Shown here in pieces: positions 40,431 through 50,290 of a stretch of 64,000 bases of DNA. Source of the stretch: an uncultured Gemmatimonadales bacterium (GTDB lineage: Bacteria; Gemmatimonadota; Gemmatimonadetes; Gemmatimonadales; GWC2-71-9); contig CAVSQW010000001.1 in the NCBI GenBank assembly GCA_963730185.1, forward strand, positions 88,279 through 152,278. The letters are read 5' to 3'. The notes beneath the pieces were generated by a model. That model ran no database searches, was not told the DNA's origin, and was given only the letters and a program-made list of their open reading frames with translations. A program made the translations under genes and the position numbers. Within the stretch, counting starts at the first letter, position 1. Every line of letters starts with the position of its first letter.

Positions 40431-41546
40431 GTGTCCAACGTCCAGGCCAGCTGGCTCGATCACCTTCAGGACGAAGCGGACGCCGCGTACCTGTATCGGC
40501 GACTGGCGGCGATCGAGCTGGATCAGTCCAAGTCCAAGATCTACAACCAGTTGGCCGAGGTCGAAGATCGGCACGCCGAGGTCTGGCTCTCGCTGATCCG
40601 GGCCGAAGGTCACGACCGGCAGCTCCCCGGACCGACCGTCCGGGCTCGCCTGATGGCCTGGCTCGCCGGGCGGTTCGGCACCCGGTTCCTGCTCCCGATC
40701 CTCTTTCAGGAGGAGGGACGGGAGGTCAAGGGCTACTTGGACCTCCACCGCTCGGCTCCGGAGGGGAACCTGGGGGCCACGGCCCTGACGTTGGCGCGGG
40801 AGTCCAAACAGCACGCCGCGCGTCTGGGGCAGCTGGTGGGGCAGAGCGGAGAGCCGTGGCATCGAACTGGGGCGGGTGGGGTGCTCCGGAACGTGGTCTA
40901 CGGCTTCAACGACGGGCTGACGGCCAATTTCGGCCTGTTGGCGGGGATGTTCGGCGCCCAAGCGTCGATCGACGCCTCCGGCCATGCGATCGTCCTGGCC
41001 GGCCTTGCCGGGATGGTGGCCGATGCTCTGTCCATGGGCTCCTCGGGCTACCTGGCGGCCAAGAGCGAGCGGGAGGTGTTCGAGCACGAGATCTCGATGG
41101 AGCGGGAAGAGATCCGCCTGATGCCGGAACTCGAGCGCCAGGAGCTGAGTCTGATCTATCAGGCCAAGGGCATTCCGGAGGGAGAGGCCGACCGGCTGGC
41201 GGCGGCGCTGATGGCCGACCCGGACAAGGCGCTCGACGAGAAGGTGCGGGAGGAGCTGGGGATCGGCGAGGCGACCAGCACGCCGATGCGTGAGGGGGTC
41301 ATCACCGGCGTGGCGACGGCCTTCGGGGCGCTGATTCCCGTGGCTCCGCTGTTGGTGAGCACCAGCCTGGCAGCGATCTGGACCTCGTTCGCCCTCGCCA
41401 TGGGGTCTCACTTCCTCGTGGGTGCGGCCCGGAGCGTCTTCACCGGCCGGGGTACTTTCCGGAGCGGCTTCGACATGTTCGTGGTCGGCCTTGGGGTGGC
41501 GGGGGTGGGGTATCTGGTCGGTGAGTGGATCGTGAGGTTCCTCTGA
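40431..41546 (+). CDS. VIT1/CCC1 Fe/Mn transporter with N-terminal ferritin-like domain
   Basis: DE..AAYLY...E..E.RH; LRNVVYGFNDGL and SMGSSGYLAAKSE motifs. Confidence 0.9.
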   Translation: MSNVQASWLDHLQDEADAAYLYRRLAAIELDQSKSKIYNQLAEVEDRHAEVWLSLIRAEGHDRQLPGPTVRARLMAWLAGRFGTRFLLPILFQEEGREVKGYLDLHRSAPEGNLGATALTLARESKQHAARLGQLVGQSGEPWHRTGAGGVLRNVVYGFNDGLTANFGLLAGMFGAQASIDASGHAIVLAGLAGMVADALSMGSSGYLAAKSEREVFEHEISMEREEIRLMPELERQELSLIYQAKGIPEGEADRLAAALMADPDKALDEKVREELGIGEATSTPMREGVITGVATAFGALIPVAPLLVSTSLAAIWTSFALAMGSHFLVGAARSVFTGRGTFRSGFDMFVVGLGVAGVGYLVGEWIVRFL

Positions 41547-42751
41547 TGACCGATTGGAGTCGACGGCAGCTGGTCGTCGGGGCAGCGGCGGCGGGGCTGG
41601 GATGGCCCGGCCTCCGGTGGCTTCCAAGCGCCCAGGATCGAGCCTGGATTCCGAGCGACCGGTTCCTGGCCGATCTGCCCCGGATCATGGAGCTCGCCTC
41701 GGTCCCCGCGGTGTCGGTGGCGGTCGTCGAGGACGGCACGGTGACCTGGCGTCGGGCGTTCGGGGTCACCAACGTCGACACCCGGGCGCCGGCGACCGAG
41801 GAGAGCGTGTTTCCGGCGGCGTCGCTCGGCAAGCCGGTCTTTTCGTACCTGGTGATGACGCTGGTGGACGAGGGGCGGCTCGACCTGGACCGGCCCCTGG
41901 TGGAGACGTTCCGCCCCGACGACCTGGCGGACGATCCTCGCCTGAGCCGGATCACGCCGCGGCACGTGATGAGTCACACCACCGGGCTGCCCAACTGGCG
42001 CGATCGGTCGGCCAAGACTCTCCGCGGGGCCTTCGAGCCGGGGGCTCGGTTCCAGTACTCGGGCGAGGGGTTCTTCTGGCTCCAGCGGGTGGTCGAGACC
42101 CTGACAGGACAGGGCATCGATCTGGTGGCCCGGGAACGGCTGTTCCAACCGGCGGGGATGACCCGGTCCACCTACGCCTGGTCGGCCGACTTTCAGCGGT
42201 GGACGGTGTACGGCCACGACGACCGGGGCAAGCTGGTCCGGCAGTGGAACCGGGCCTCGGCCGATCCGCTCCTCGAGCTGGCCGCCCGGTGGGGCAAGCC
42301 GATGAGCGAGTGGACGGCGGCCGACGTGTTTCGGGGCATGGCCGAGACGCACTCGCCGCTGCCGCCTCATCCGAACTTCGCGATTCCCAACGTGGCCGGC
42401 AGCCTGCTGGCCACGGCGGCGGATTATGCCCGGTTCGTGACCCTGATGTTCCCGGGCCAGAGGGCCGCCTGGCAGATCGAAGAGCCGAGGCGGGTGGCGA
42501 TGCTCACCCCCGCCGTGGACCTCAACCGCGCGCTCTCCTGGGGGCTCGGTTGGGGGCTCGAATCACGCCCGACGGGCCGGCTGTGCTGGCACTGGGGCGA
42601 CAACGGGATCTTCAAGGCCTTCACGGTAAGCGACCCGGACCGGCGGCGGGCGATCGTCGTGTTCACCAACAGCGAGTCGGGACCGAAAGTGTACCAGCGG
42701 CTCATCGCAGACGCGACGGGCATGGACCTGGCGGCCTGGCTCTGGATCTGA
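41546..42751 (+). CDS. Tat-exported serine hydrolase (beta-lactamase family)
   Basis: SRRQLV Tat motif; SLGK, HTTGL, YSGEG and HWGDN. Confidence 0.9.
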   Translation: MTDWSRRQLVVGAAAAGLGWPGLRWLPSAQDRAWIPSDRFLADLPRIMELASVPAVSVAVVEDGTVTWRRAFGVTNVDTRAPATEESVFPAASLGKPVFSYLVMTLVDEGRLDLDRPLVETFRPDDLADDPRLSRITPRHVMSHTTGLPNWRDRSAKTLRGAFEPGARFQYSGEGFFWLQRVVETLTGQGIDLVARERLFQPAGMTRSTYAWSADFQRWTVYGHDDRGKLVRQWNRASADPLLELAARWGKPMSEWTAADVFRGMAETHSPLPPHPNFAIPNVAGSLLATAADYARFVTLMFPGQRAAWQIEEPRRVAMLTPAVDLNRALSWGLGWGLESRPTGRLCWHWGDNGIFKAFTVSDPDRRRAIVVFTNSESGPKVYQRLIADATGMDLAAWLWI

Positions 42752-42905
42752 CGAGTCCGGGGGCAAACCAGTGGCGCGGTGTGGCGTAACACTATGGCAA
42801 CGCTGAGCTTGGAGTGATCGCCGACGGTTGGGCGAGGCGTCGGAGAGCGCTGGTGTAGATTTGTCGCGTAGGGTGAGGGTAGGGCTCGTTTCCTGGGAGG
42901 TATCG

Positions 42906-43361
42906 ATGTCCGAGGTCAGGCCTACCGTACCGCCGGCCGAACGGGGTGCGGGGATCCACGTGCTCCGGCAGAGCGAGATCTGCCGGGCCTGGAATGGGAT
43001 CCGATACAAGGCGGGGCTCTCCGGCGCGAACGTCGGGGCCACCCGCCTGTCGATGAACGTTGCCACGGTCCCGCCGGGCGCCATCGCCTTCGCCCACATC
43101 CACGTGGATTTCGAGGTGATGCTGTACATCCTGGAGGGCCGAGTCCGCCACGCCTATGGCGAGGGCCTGGCGGAAGTGGTGGAGAACGGCCCCGGAGACT
43201 TCATCTTCATCGAGCCCGGTGTGCCGCACGAGGTGTACAACCTGAGCGACCGCGACCCGGTAGTCGCGGTGGTGGCCCGCTCGGACGCGTCGGAGTGGGA
43301 GCACATCGTGGACTATCCGAGCCGGCATCGGCCGGCGTCGGGGACGGAGCTGCGCGCGTGA
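42906..43361 (+). CDS. Cupin domain protein
   Basis: AHIH..FE...LEG and GDFIFIEPGVPH; GGAGG RBS. Confidence 0.9.
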   Translation: MSEVRPTVPPAERGAGIHVLRQSEICRAWNGIRYKAGLSGANVGATRLSMNVATVPPGAIAFAHIHVDFEVMLYILEGRVRHAYGEGLAEVVENGPGDFIFIEPGVPHEVYNLSDRDPVVAVVARSDASEWEHIVDYPSRHRPASGTELRA

Positions 43362-44149
43362 CGCCTTGGGTACTGCGGATCATCTTCGCCAACGCGGCGG
43401 TCTACCTGCTCGAGCAGGTCTTCGGCAGCGGGGCGATGGTCTACTACTTCGGCCTGGTGCCGGCGCTCGCGTGGATGCGGCCCTGGACGCTGGTCACGTA
43501 CATGTTCCTGCACGGTGGTCTCGGCCACATCTTCTTCAACATGCTGGTGCTGTTCTTCTTCGGGCCGATGATCGAGGCGCGGTTGGGCGGGAAGAGCTTT
43601 CTCTGGCTCTACTTCGTGAGCGGGATCACCGGCGGCCTGCTTTCGATCGTGTTTTCCGCGTTCGGCGGCGCGATGGTCCCGATCATCGGCGCGTCGGGCG
43701 CGGTCTTCGGGGTGGAGCTGGCGTTCGCCTACTACTGGCCCCGGCAGCCGATCTACATCTGGGGTTTGATCCCGATCCAGGCCCGGTGGCTGGTCCTCAT
43801 CATGACCGCGGTGTCGCTCTACGGCGGCTTTGTGAGCACGGGGGGCGGGATCGCCCACTTCGCCCACCTGGGCGGGTTTCTGGGGGGGTTCCTGTATCTC
43901 AAGTGGATGGAGCGCCGACAAGGTGCACCGCTCCGGGATTGGCGGGCCGCGGCCCGACCGGTCCGTGCCGCCAAGATCGAGAACGTGGCCCAGTCGCTGG
44001 CCCGGTGGTCACGGATCAAGCGGGACAACCTGCACGAGGTGAACCGGGGCGAGTTGGACCGGATCCTCGACAAGATCAGCGCTTCCGGCATCGGCAGCCT
44101 GACCCCGTCGGAACGGGAGTTCCTCGACCGGTTCAGTGCCCGATCCTGA
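43358..44149 (+). CDS. Rhomboid intramembrane serine protease with C-terminal DUF6576-like domain
   Basis: YMFLH...HIFFNM, GASG and AHLGG; tail LDRILDKISASGIGSLTPSEREFL. Confidence 0.93.
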   Translation: MTPWVLRIIFANAAVYLLEQVFGSGAMVYYFGLVPALAWMRPWTLVTYMFLHGGLGHIFFNMLVLFFFGPMIEARLGGKSFLWLYFVSGITGGLLSIVFSAFGGAMVPIIGASGAVFGVELAFAYYWPRQPIYIWGLIPIQARWLVLIMTAVSLYGGFVSTGGGIAHFAHLGGFLGGFLYLKWMERRQGAPLRDWRAAARPVRAAKIENVAQSLARWSRIKRDNLHEVNRGELDRILDKISASGIGSLTPSEREFLDRFSARS

Positions 44150-44879
44150 GCTGTCCGGCCCTCCGGGGTTTCCCCCCACCCATCTCTCGGTCATCCAGCG
44201 GCTGGCCAGCCCGGATCCGTCGGCGCGGGCCGGTGCCGCCGAGCGGCTCGTGGCCGCCTACTGGAAACCGGTCTACCGCTATCTCCGGGTAGTCCGCGGC
44301 GTAGAGCACGACGACGCGCAGGATCTGACCCAGGACTTCTTCGCGCACGCGCTCCTCCGGGACACGCTGGCGGGCTACCATCCGGACCGGGCCCGCTTTC
44401 GGACCTACCTCCGGGTCTGCCTCGACCGGTTCGCGATCAACGCGCGCCAGGCTGCGCGCCGGCTCAAGCGGGGCGGCGGTTGGGAGGGGGTCTCGCTCGA
44501 TTTCGCGGCGGCCGAGGCGGCCCTGAGCGCGCGGCCGGTCAGAGCGGACGATCCGGAGGAGTTCTTCCGGCGGGAATGGATCCGGTCGCTGTTCGAGGGC
44601 GCCCTGGAGGAGCTCAGGATGCGTCTCGAGTCCGCCGGCAAGCTGGCCCACTACCGGGCGTTCGTCGCCTACGACATCGACGCGCCGGCCGGGGAGCGAG
44701 TCACCTACCAGTCGGTCGGCGACCAGGTCGGGCTCAGCTCGACCCAGGTGACCAACGCGCTCTACGCCACCCGGAACACGTTCCGGGCGATCGTGCTGGA
44801 CCAACTTCGCGAGCTCACCGGCTCGCACGAGGAATTCGTGCGGGAAGCGGCGGTCGTGCTCGGGGTGGATGTCGGGTGA
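44136..44879 (+). CDS. ECF sigma factor, kinase-associated type with extensions
   Basis: YWKPVYRYLR, DAQDLTQDFF, RFRTYL, KRGGG and FRREW motifs. Confidence 0.85.
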   Translation: MPDPELSGPPGFPPTHLSVIQRLASPDPSARAGAAERLVAAYWKPVYRYLRVVRGVEHDDAQDLTQDFFAHALLRDTLAGYHPDRARFRTYLRVCLDRFAINARQAARRLKRGGGWEGVSLDFAAAEAALSARPVRADDPEEFFRREWIRSLFEGALEELRMRLESAGKLAHYRAFVAYDIDAPAGERVTYQSVGDQVGLSSTQVTNALYATRNTFRAIVLDQLRELTGSHEEFVREAAVVLGVDVG

Positions 44880-45835
44880 CCGAGCTGGACGACGAGGCGG
44901 TCGACCGGCTCCGGCGGGCGATCGGTCCGGCGGAGTTGGACCACGCCCGCTATCGGTTCGACGCGGTGATCGGGGTCGGCGGAATGGGGACCGTCTATGC
45001 GGGCTCCGACCGCGTGTTGGAGCGCCCGGTGGCGATCAAGGTGCTCCGCGGGGCGGTTGCCCCGGACCACGCGGAGCGGTTGTCTCGCGAGGCCCGCATC
45101 CTGGCCCGCCTGGATCATCCCGGGTTGGTGCCGGTGCACGACGTCGGCTCGTTGGCGGACGGCCGGGGCTTTTACGTGATGCGGCTGGTGCGCGGGGTGC
45201 GACTCGACGAGCACCTGCGGGTGGTGTCGTCGCTGGCCGAGCGACTCCGGCTCTTTCTCCGGATCCTCGATCCGGTGGCCTATGCGCACGCCCAAGGCGT
45301 CGTCCACCGTGACCTCAAGCCCGCGAACATCATGGTTGGACCGTTCGGCGAAGTGCTGGTGCTCGATTGGGGGATCGCCAAGGTCCGGGGGGAATCGTTG
45401 CCGCCGCCCGGGCTGGAGTTGATCGATCCCGACGGGCCCGGCGCCACCGGCCCCGGCACGGTGCTCGGGACCCGGGGCTTCATGGCGCCCGAGCAGGCGG
45501 CGGGGGCCTCGGCGGAGGTGGATCAGCGGGCCGACGTCTACGGCCTGGGGGCAGTCCTCGGCGTGATGATGGCCGACGCCGACCGGCCCCCGCCCCGGCC
45601 CCTGCTCGCGATCGGGGCCAAGGCCACGGCCGCGTCGCCGGACGTCCGGTACCCGACGGTCGGAGCGCTGGCCGCCGACGTGTCCCGCTGGTTGGACGGC
45701 CAGCCGGTTACGGCGTATCGAGAGTCGCTCGGTGAGCGCCTCGGGCGACAGCTGGGTCGCCATCGCACCGCGGTGCTGTTGATCGGAGCCTATCTGGTGG
45801 TTCGGATCGTCTTGCTCGTGGCCGGCCGCCGATAA
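44876..45835 (+). CDS. Hanks-type Ser/Thr protein kinase with C-terminal TM
   Basis: GVGGMG, VAIK, HRDLKPAN, DWG and FMAPEQ motifs. Confidence 0.94.
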   Translation: MTELDDEAVDRLRRAIGPAELDHARYRFDAVIGVGGMGTVYAGSDRVLERPVAIKVLRGAVAPDHAERLSREARILARLDHPGLVPVHDVGSLADGRGFYVMRLVRGVRLDEHLRVVSSLAERLRLFLRILDPVAYAHAQGVVHRDLKPANIMVGPFGEVLVLDWGIAKVRGESLPPPGLELIDPDGPGATGPGTVLGTRGFMAPEQAAGASAEVDQRADVYGLGAVLGVMMADADRPPPRPLLAIGAKATAASPDVRYPTVGALAADVSRWLDGQPVTAYRESLGERLGRQLGRHRTAVLLIGAYLVVRIVLLVAGRR

Positions 45836-45888
45836 AGGGTCGGGGTCGCCGCGTTGTATGGGAGTGACCTCTCAACCAGGACGGGCGC

Positions 45889-46254
45889 ATGAAAAAGCCG
45901 GTGTACGGCCTCATTCTCGGCGGAGTGCTGGGCGTGTTCGACGGGCTCTCGTCGCTCCTGTCGGCGCCTGAAACGGCTCCACAGGTGGGCGGCATCGTGG
46001 CGGGGTCGACCTTCAAGGGGCTCCTGGCCGGGGCGCTGATCGGCTGGGTGAGCGGGAAGGTCAAGACGGTGACGGCGGTGGTGCTGTGGGGCGGGGTGAT
46101 CGGGCTCTTCTTCGCCTCGCTGGTTTCGTTGGCGCAGCGGCTCTCCGGCGAGCCCGCGTATTACTGGGAAATCATGCTGCCGGGGACGCTCGTCGGGGTG
46201 ATCGTCGGCTACGCCACCTTCCGCTATCAGGCCCGTCCCCACTCGGCCGGGTGA
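45889..46254 (+). CDS. Small four-TM hypothetical membrane protein
   Basis: Gly-rich hydrophobic helices. Confidence 0.72.
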   Translation: MKKPVYGLILGGVLGVFDGLSSLLSAPETAPQVGGIVAGSTFKGLLAGALIGWVSGKVKTVTAVVLWGGVIGLFFASLVSLAQRLSGEPAYYWEIMLPGTLVGVIVGYATFRYQARPHSAG

Positions 46255-46369
46255 GCGAGTTGTCAGAGTTGCGCCCATTGCTTGTGCCCAACTGGCGGAG
46301 GGGGTAGACTGGACGATTCGAACCGCCGAGCCGTCGCTCGCGGCTACGTGGCACTCGAGCGATCGGGTC

Positions 46370-46858
46370 ATGAAACGTTTCGTCGTCCTTCCTCTCCTCG
46401 CCGTCCTGCTCGGCACCAGCTCCGCCGCCGCCCAGATTCCCGGCGATGAGCTGCCCCAAATCTCCCGGGTGCGTGACCAGTACCTCCAGACTACGTACGG
46501 CGAGGTCAAGGAGGTGTTGGCCGACTGGCAGAAGTACCAGAACGAGAACGACGTCAAGCGGCTTCGGTCGATGTTCACCCGCGACGGGTTTTATTCGCCG
46601 GTCGAGGGGTGGTTCGTGCAGGGACGGGAAAACGTGGCCGATACCCTGACCGGGCGGCTCCCCCGGGTCAAAGGGTATCACACGTCGCTGCTGGATTTCA
46701 CCGCCAGTGGGAGCATCGCCTACTACCTGGGCCGGCTGTCCTATCTCCTCGACAACCCCGGGGCGGCGCGTCAGGTCTCGGGCACGTTCGTGATGGTGCT
46801 CTACCAGGAAGGTCGCACCTGGCGGGTCCGGAGCTACGTCGAGCGCGACGGCGACTGA
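46370..46858 (+). CDS. Secreted SnoaL/NTF2-like protein
   Basis: Signal peptide; GRENV, SGSIAY..G and G.FVMV...WRV patterns. Confidence 0.78.
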   Translation: MKRFVVLPLLAVLLGTSSAAAQIPGDELPQISRVRDQYLQTTYGEVKEVLADWQKYQNENDVKRLRSMFTRDGFYSPVEGWFVQGRENVADTLTGRLPRVKGYHTSLLDFTASGSIAYYLGRLSYLLDNPGAARQVSGTFVMVLYQEGRTWRVRSYVERDGD

Positions 46859-46862
46859 GCCC

Positions 46863-47900
46863 TCAGGCGAAGAGCGCCACCTGCCCACCGGTGTGCCAGA
46901 ACAAGACCGTTGCACTCGCCTGGATCCGGACCGACCCGGGCAGGCTCGGTCCGTCCGGGTCGAGCACGGCGCCGCAGTAGGTCGCCAGGCCGGCGAGGGC
47001 CTTGGCCGAGTAGGTGTGGTCCACGAAGAACCCCTCCCGCCGCGCGGCCAGTGACTGGACCGCGCGAGACGCCGGCGTAGCGATCCCATAGCCGTCGCCC
47101 ACGAAGCGATCGTCGACCTCGACGCCTGGGAGCCGGGCGAATCCGTCGCCGTCCTGCCCCAGCAGGCTCCCCAAGCCGTGTAGGATCCCCCGGACCGCCC
47201 GCTCCACTTCGGCCGGCGGGTCGTCAGCGCTGATCGCGATGACCCGGGTCGACAAGCCGTGGAGTAGGCACCCCGCCAGGATACCGGCCATGGTTCCGCC
47301 GGACGACCCCGCGTGTACGATGACGTCGGGGCGGACGCCCTGTTCGAGGAGCTCGCCGACGCCGGCGACGTAGCCCAGGGCACCAATCGGGGTCGAGGCT
47401 CCGAGCGGGACGATCGTCGGTCGGCGTCCTTCAGCCCGGAATCGCTCGGCGGCCGCGGCCATGGCCGGTGCCCGGCCTTCCCGGCCGCTCACGTACTCGA
47501 CGCTGGCGCCCAGCAAGCGGTTGAGGAGCGCGTTGCCGCTCGGGTGGGCGGGCTCCTCGCCGTTCGCGACGATGTGGCAGTGAATGCCGTGGACGGCGCA
47601 CGCGGCGGCGGTGGCGCGGGCGTGGTTGGATTGCACTCCGCCACAGGTAATGACCACGTCGGCGCCCTCGGCCAGGACCGCGGGAATGACGTAGCGGAGC
47701 TTCCGGATCTTGTTGCCGCCGAAACCGAACGAGATGGCGTCGTCGCGCTTGACCAGCAGGCGCTGCGGGACTCGCAGGGCCTCGCGGAGCCGATCCATCG
47801 GCTCGACGGGGGTGGGATAGTAGCCGAGCGAGGCGGCCACCGGCATTCGGGCCAGCGCGTCGAGCGCCGACCGGGTCGAGACGACGCGAGGGTCGGTCAT
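46863..47900 (-). CDS. D-cysteine desulfhydrase family PLP enzyme
   Basis: KRDD, GGNKIRKL, QSNH, SGGT, DHTYSAK and WHTGG motifs. Confidence 0.88.
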   Translation of the reverse strand: MTDPRVVSTRSALDALARMPVAASLGYYPTPVEPMDRLREALRVPQRLLVKRDDAISFGFGGNKIRKLRYVIPAVLAEGADVVITCGGVQSNHARATAAACAVHGIHCHIVANGEEPAHPSGNALLNRLLGASVEYVSGREGRAPAMAAAAERFRAEGRRPTIVPLGASTPIGALGYVAGVGELLEQGVRPDVIVHAGSSGGTMAGILAGCLLHGLSTRVIAISADDPPAEVERAVRGILHGLGSLLGQDGDGFARLPGVEVDDRFVGDGYGIATPASRAVQSLAARREGFFVDHTYSAKALAGLATYCGAVLDPDGPSLPGSVRIQASATVLFWHTGGQVALFA

Positions 47901-48127
47901 GCGGGAGTCTACGGCGCGAGCGCGAGGTTGGTCAACCGCGGGGTCGGAGGCGCTGTGCGGACTTCGCTTCGGCGCTGATCCTCGAATGGACATCGCCCGG
48001 CGCGCCCTCTGCCCGGCCGTGCGGCCTCGTCCCCGCGGTCCCCCTTCCGCCAGCCGCCACCATCGAATAGCGTTCGGGCGTCTCTTCCGCCAACCCATTC
48101 TTCAGCCCGCTATCTCGGAGGCGTGCC

Positions 48128-50290
48128 GTGATTCTCCGGCTCCGTTCCGTCGTTCTCGTCTTGCTGCTCGTGGCCTGTCAGGCGCCAGCCCCAGGTTCCG
48201 TGGACCTTTCCCGCTGGCGTCAGGCCGACGCCGAGCCCGGGCAGTGGCTTGCTCTTGGCCGGACCTGGAAGGGCGACCGCTTCTCGCCACTCACTCAACT
48301 GGACACGGCGTCTGCCGCGCGGCTCGGGTTTGCCTGGGAGTACGCGGCTCGGTCGCACCGAGGTCGGGTTGAGCACGGCCAGGAGGCCACTCCGATCGTG
48401 GTCGACGGCGTACTCTACGTGTCGGGGCCGTGGGGTTCGGTTTTCGCCGTCGACGCCAAGAGCGGGCAAGAGCGTTGGCGCTACGATCCCGAGGTCGATG
48501 GCAGCTACAACCGCCGGGCCTGTTGCGACGTCGTGAATCGCGGCCTCCAGGTCTGGAAGGGCAAGGTGTACGTCGCCACGCTGGACGGATTCCTGGTCGC
48601 GCTCGATGCCGTGTCCGGCAAGGAAGTCTGGCGGGTCGACACCTTCATCGATCGGGATTCCCGTTTCTATACCATCACGGGTCCACCGCAGGTGGCCAAG
48701 AATGTGGTCGTGATCGGCAACAGCGGGGCCGAGTACGGGGTGCGGGGCTACATCACCGCCTACGATCTCGAGACCGGCAAGCAGGCATGGCGGTTCTACA
48801 CCGTCCCCGGCGACCCCGCCAAAGGCGGGCCCGAGCATCCCGAAGTGGCGGAGGCGCTCAAGACCTGGGGACCCAAGACCGACTGGGGGTCCGGACTCGG
48901 GGGCACGGCGTGGGGGGAGATGGCCTACGACCCCGATCTCAACCTGCTCTACGTCGGGACCGGCAACAGCACCCCCTATTCCGGGTGGTACCGCGATCCT
49001 TCGCGGGGCGACAACCTCTATCTGGTCTCGATCCTGGCCATCAATCCCGACGATGGGCGGCTCAAGTGGCACTATCAGGAGGTGCCGTGGGAGCTCTGGG
49101 ACTACACCGCCACGATGAACATGATTCTCGCCGACCTCGAGATCGGAGGGCGGACGCGGAAGGTGATCATGCAGGCGCCCAAGGACGGGTACTACTACGT
49201 CCTCGATCGGGAGACCGGCGAATTCATCTCGGCCAAACCGTTCGTCTTCACCAACTGGGCCAGCGGCATCGACTCCACCGGCCGGGCGACGCTCAATCCG
49301 GCCGCGATCTACGAGAAGGAGCCGGCGATCGTCTTTCCGACTGAGGCGGGTGGCCACAACTGGCAGCCGATGGCGTTCAATCCCCAGACCGGCTTGGCCT
49401 ACATCCCCGCCCGCGAGGAGGGGATGGTGATCATGAACCAGCCCGGCTATCACTGGACCAAGGGCGAGGTGAACCTGGGATCCAGCGCCGCGTTCAGCTT
49501 CATCTTCGAGCTGATGTCGGACAGCGATCGGCGAGACGTCGGGGCGCTGATCAAGTCGCGCCCCGGCCTGCCCTCGCTGGATACCAGGGAAGTGCTGATC
49601 GCCTGGGACCCGGTCGCCCAGAAGGAGCGCTGGCGGGTGCCCGTCGGCGATCACGATTGGGCCGGCGGTGGGGTGCTGACCACGGCCGGCAACCTGGTGA
49701 TCCAGGGCAACTCGGCCGGCCAGCTGGTGGTGTATCGGGCCGACACGGGCGAGAAGTTGCAGACGATCGAGGTGGGGACGGCCATCATGGCCGCGCCGGT
49801 GAGCTACGAGGTGGACGGCGAGCAGTACGTGGCCGTCGTAGCGGGCTTCGGCGGCGCGATGGCGCCGGTCTATCCCGCCGGCGCCGCGATGGAAACCTAT
49901 CAGAACTACGGCCGGATCCTGGCCTTCAAGCTGGGTGGCGGTCCGACCCCGCTTCCGCCCCGCCGCGAGGCCACGACCACGCCCGAACCACCCGTTCTCC
50001 CGGGTTATACCGACGCCCTGGCCGAGCGGGGCGCCGTCCTCTTCACCGCGCACTGTGCGGGCTGCCATGGAGCCCGAGGGGAAGGTCGGCTGTCGGCCTA
50101 TCCCGATCTCTATCGCCTGACGCCGGAGACCCACGCCGCCTTCGATTCGATCGTCCGGGGCGGCAAGCTGTCGAGCGCGGGCATGGCGAGCTTCGCCGAC
50201 CTGCTCAGCGAGGCCGACGCGCAGGCGATCCACGCGTATCTGGTTCGGGAGCAGGGCAAGCTGAGGCGAGAGGAGCGAGGCGGCCAATGA
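48128..50290 (+). CDS. Quinohemoprotein (type II PQQ plus heme c) alcohol dehydrogenase
   Basis: RFSPL, EATP, CCDVVNRG, WDYTAT, GGHNW; C-terminal CAGCH. Confidence 0.93.
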   Translation: MILRLRSVVLVLLLVACQAPAPGSVDLSRWRQADAEPGQWLALGRTWKGDRFSPLTQLDTASAARLGFAWEYAARSHRGRVEHGQEATPIVVDGVLYVSGPWGSVFAVDAKSGQERWRYDPEVDGSYNRRACCDVVNRGLQVWKGKVYVATLDGFLVALDAVSGKEVWRVDTFIDRDSRFYTITGPPQVAKNVVVIGNSGAEYGVRGYITAYDLETGKQAWRFYTVPGDPAKGGPEHPEVAEALKTWGPKTDWGSGLGGTAWGEMAYDPDLNLLYVGTGNSTPYSGWYRDPSRGDNLYLVSILAINPDDGRLKWHYQEVPWELWDYTATMNMILADLEIGGRTRKVIMQAPKDGYYYVLDRETGEFISAKPFVFTNWASGIDSTGRATLNPAAIYEKEPAIVFPTEAGGHNWQPMAFNPQTGLAYIPAREEGMVIMNQPGYHWTKGEVNLGSSAAFSFIFELMSDSDRRDVGALIKSRPGLPSLDTREVLIAWDPVAQKERWRVPVGDHDWAGGGVLTTAGNLVIQGNSAGQLVVYRADTGEKLQTIEVGTAIMAAPVSYEVDGEQYVAVVAGFGGAMAPVYPAGAAMETYQNYGRILAFKLGGGPTPLPPRREATTTPEPPVLPGYTDALAERGAVLFTAHCAGCHGARGEGRLSAYPDLYRLTPETHAAFDSIVRGGKLSSAGMASFADLLSEADAQAIHAYLVREQGKLRREERGGQ

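Noticed and set aside
41546..42751. Antibiotic-resistance beta-lactamase
   Set aside because: Generic serine-hydrolase motifs (YSG, HWG), not class A/C signatures; no mobile context.
42752..42905. c-di-GMP-I riboswitch (GGCAAACC start)
   Set aside because: The GNRA loop and second stem consensus could not be found by eye; an Rfam search would settle it.
46863..47900. ACC deaminase (acdS)
   Set aside because: Has Y-S and H-T at the positions where true ACC deaminases have Glu and Leu.
48128..50290. Lanthanide-dependent XoxF/ExaF dehydrogenase
   Set aside because: Active-site segment is WDYTA with no second Asp, and it has a fused cytochrome c.
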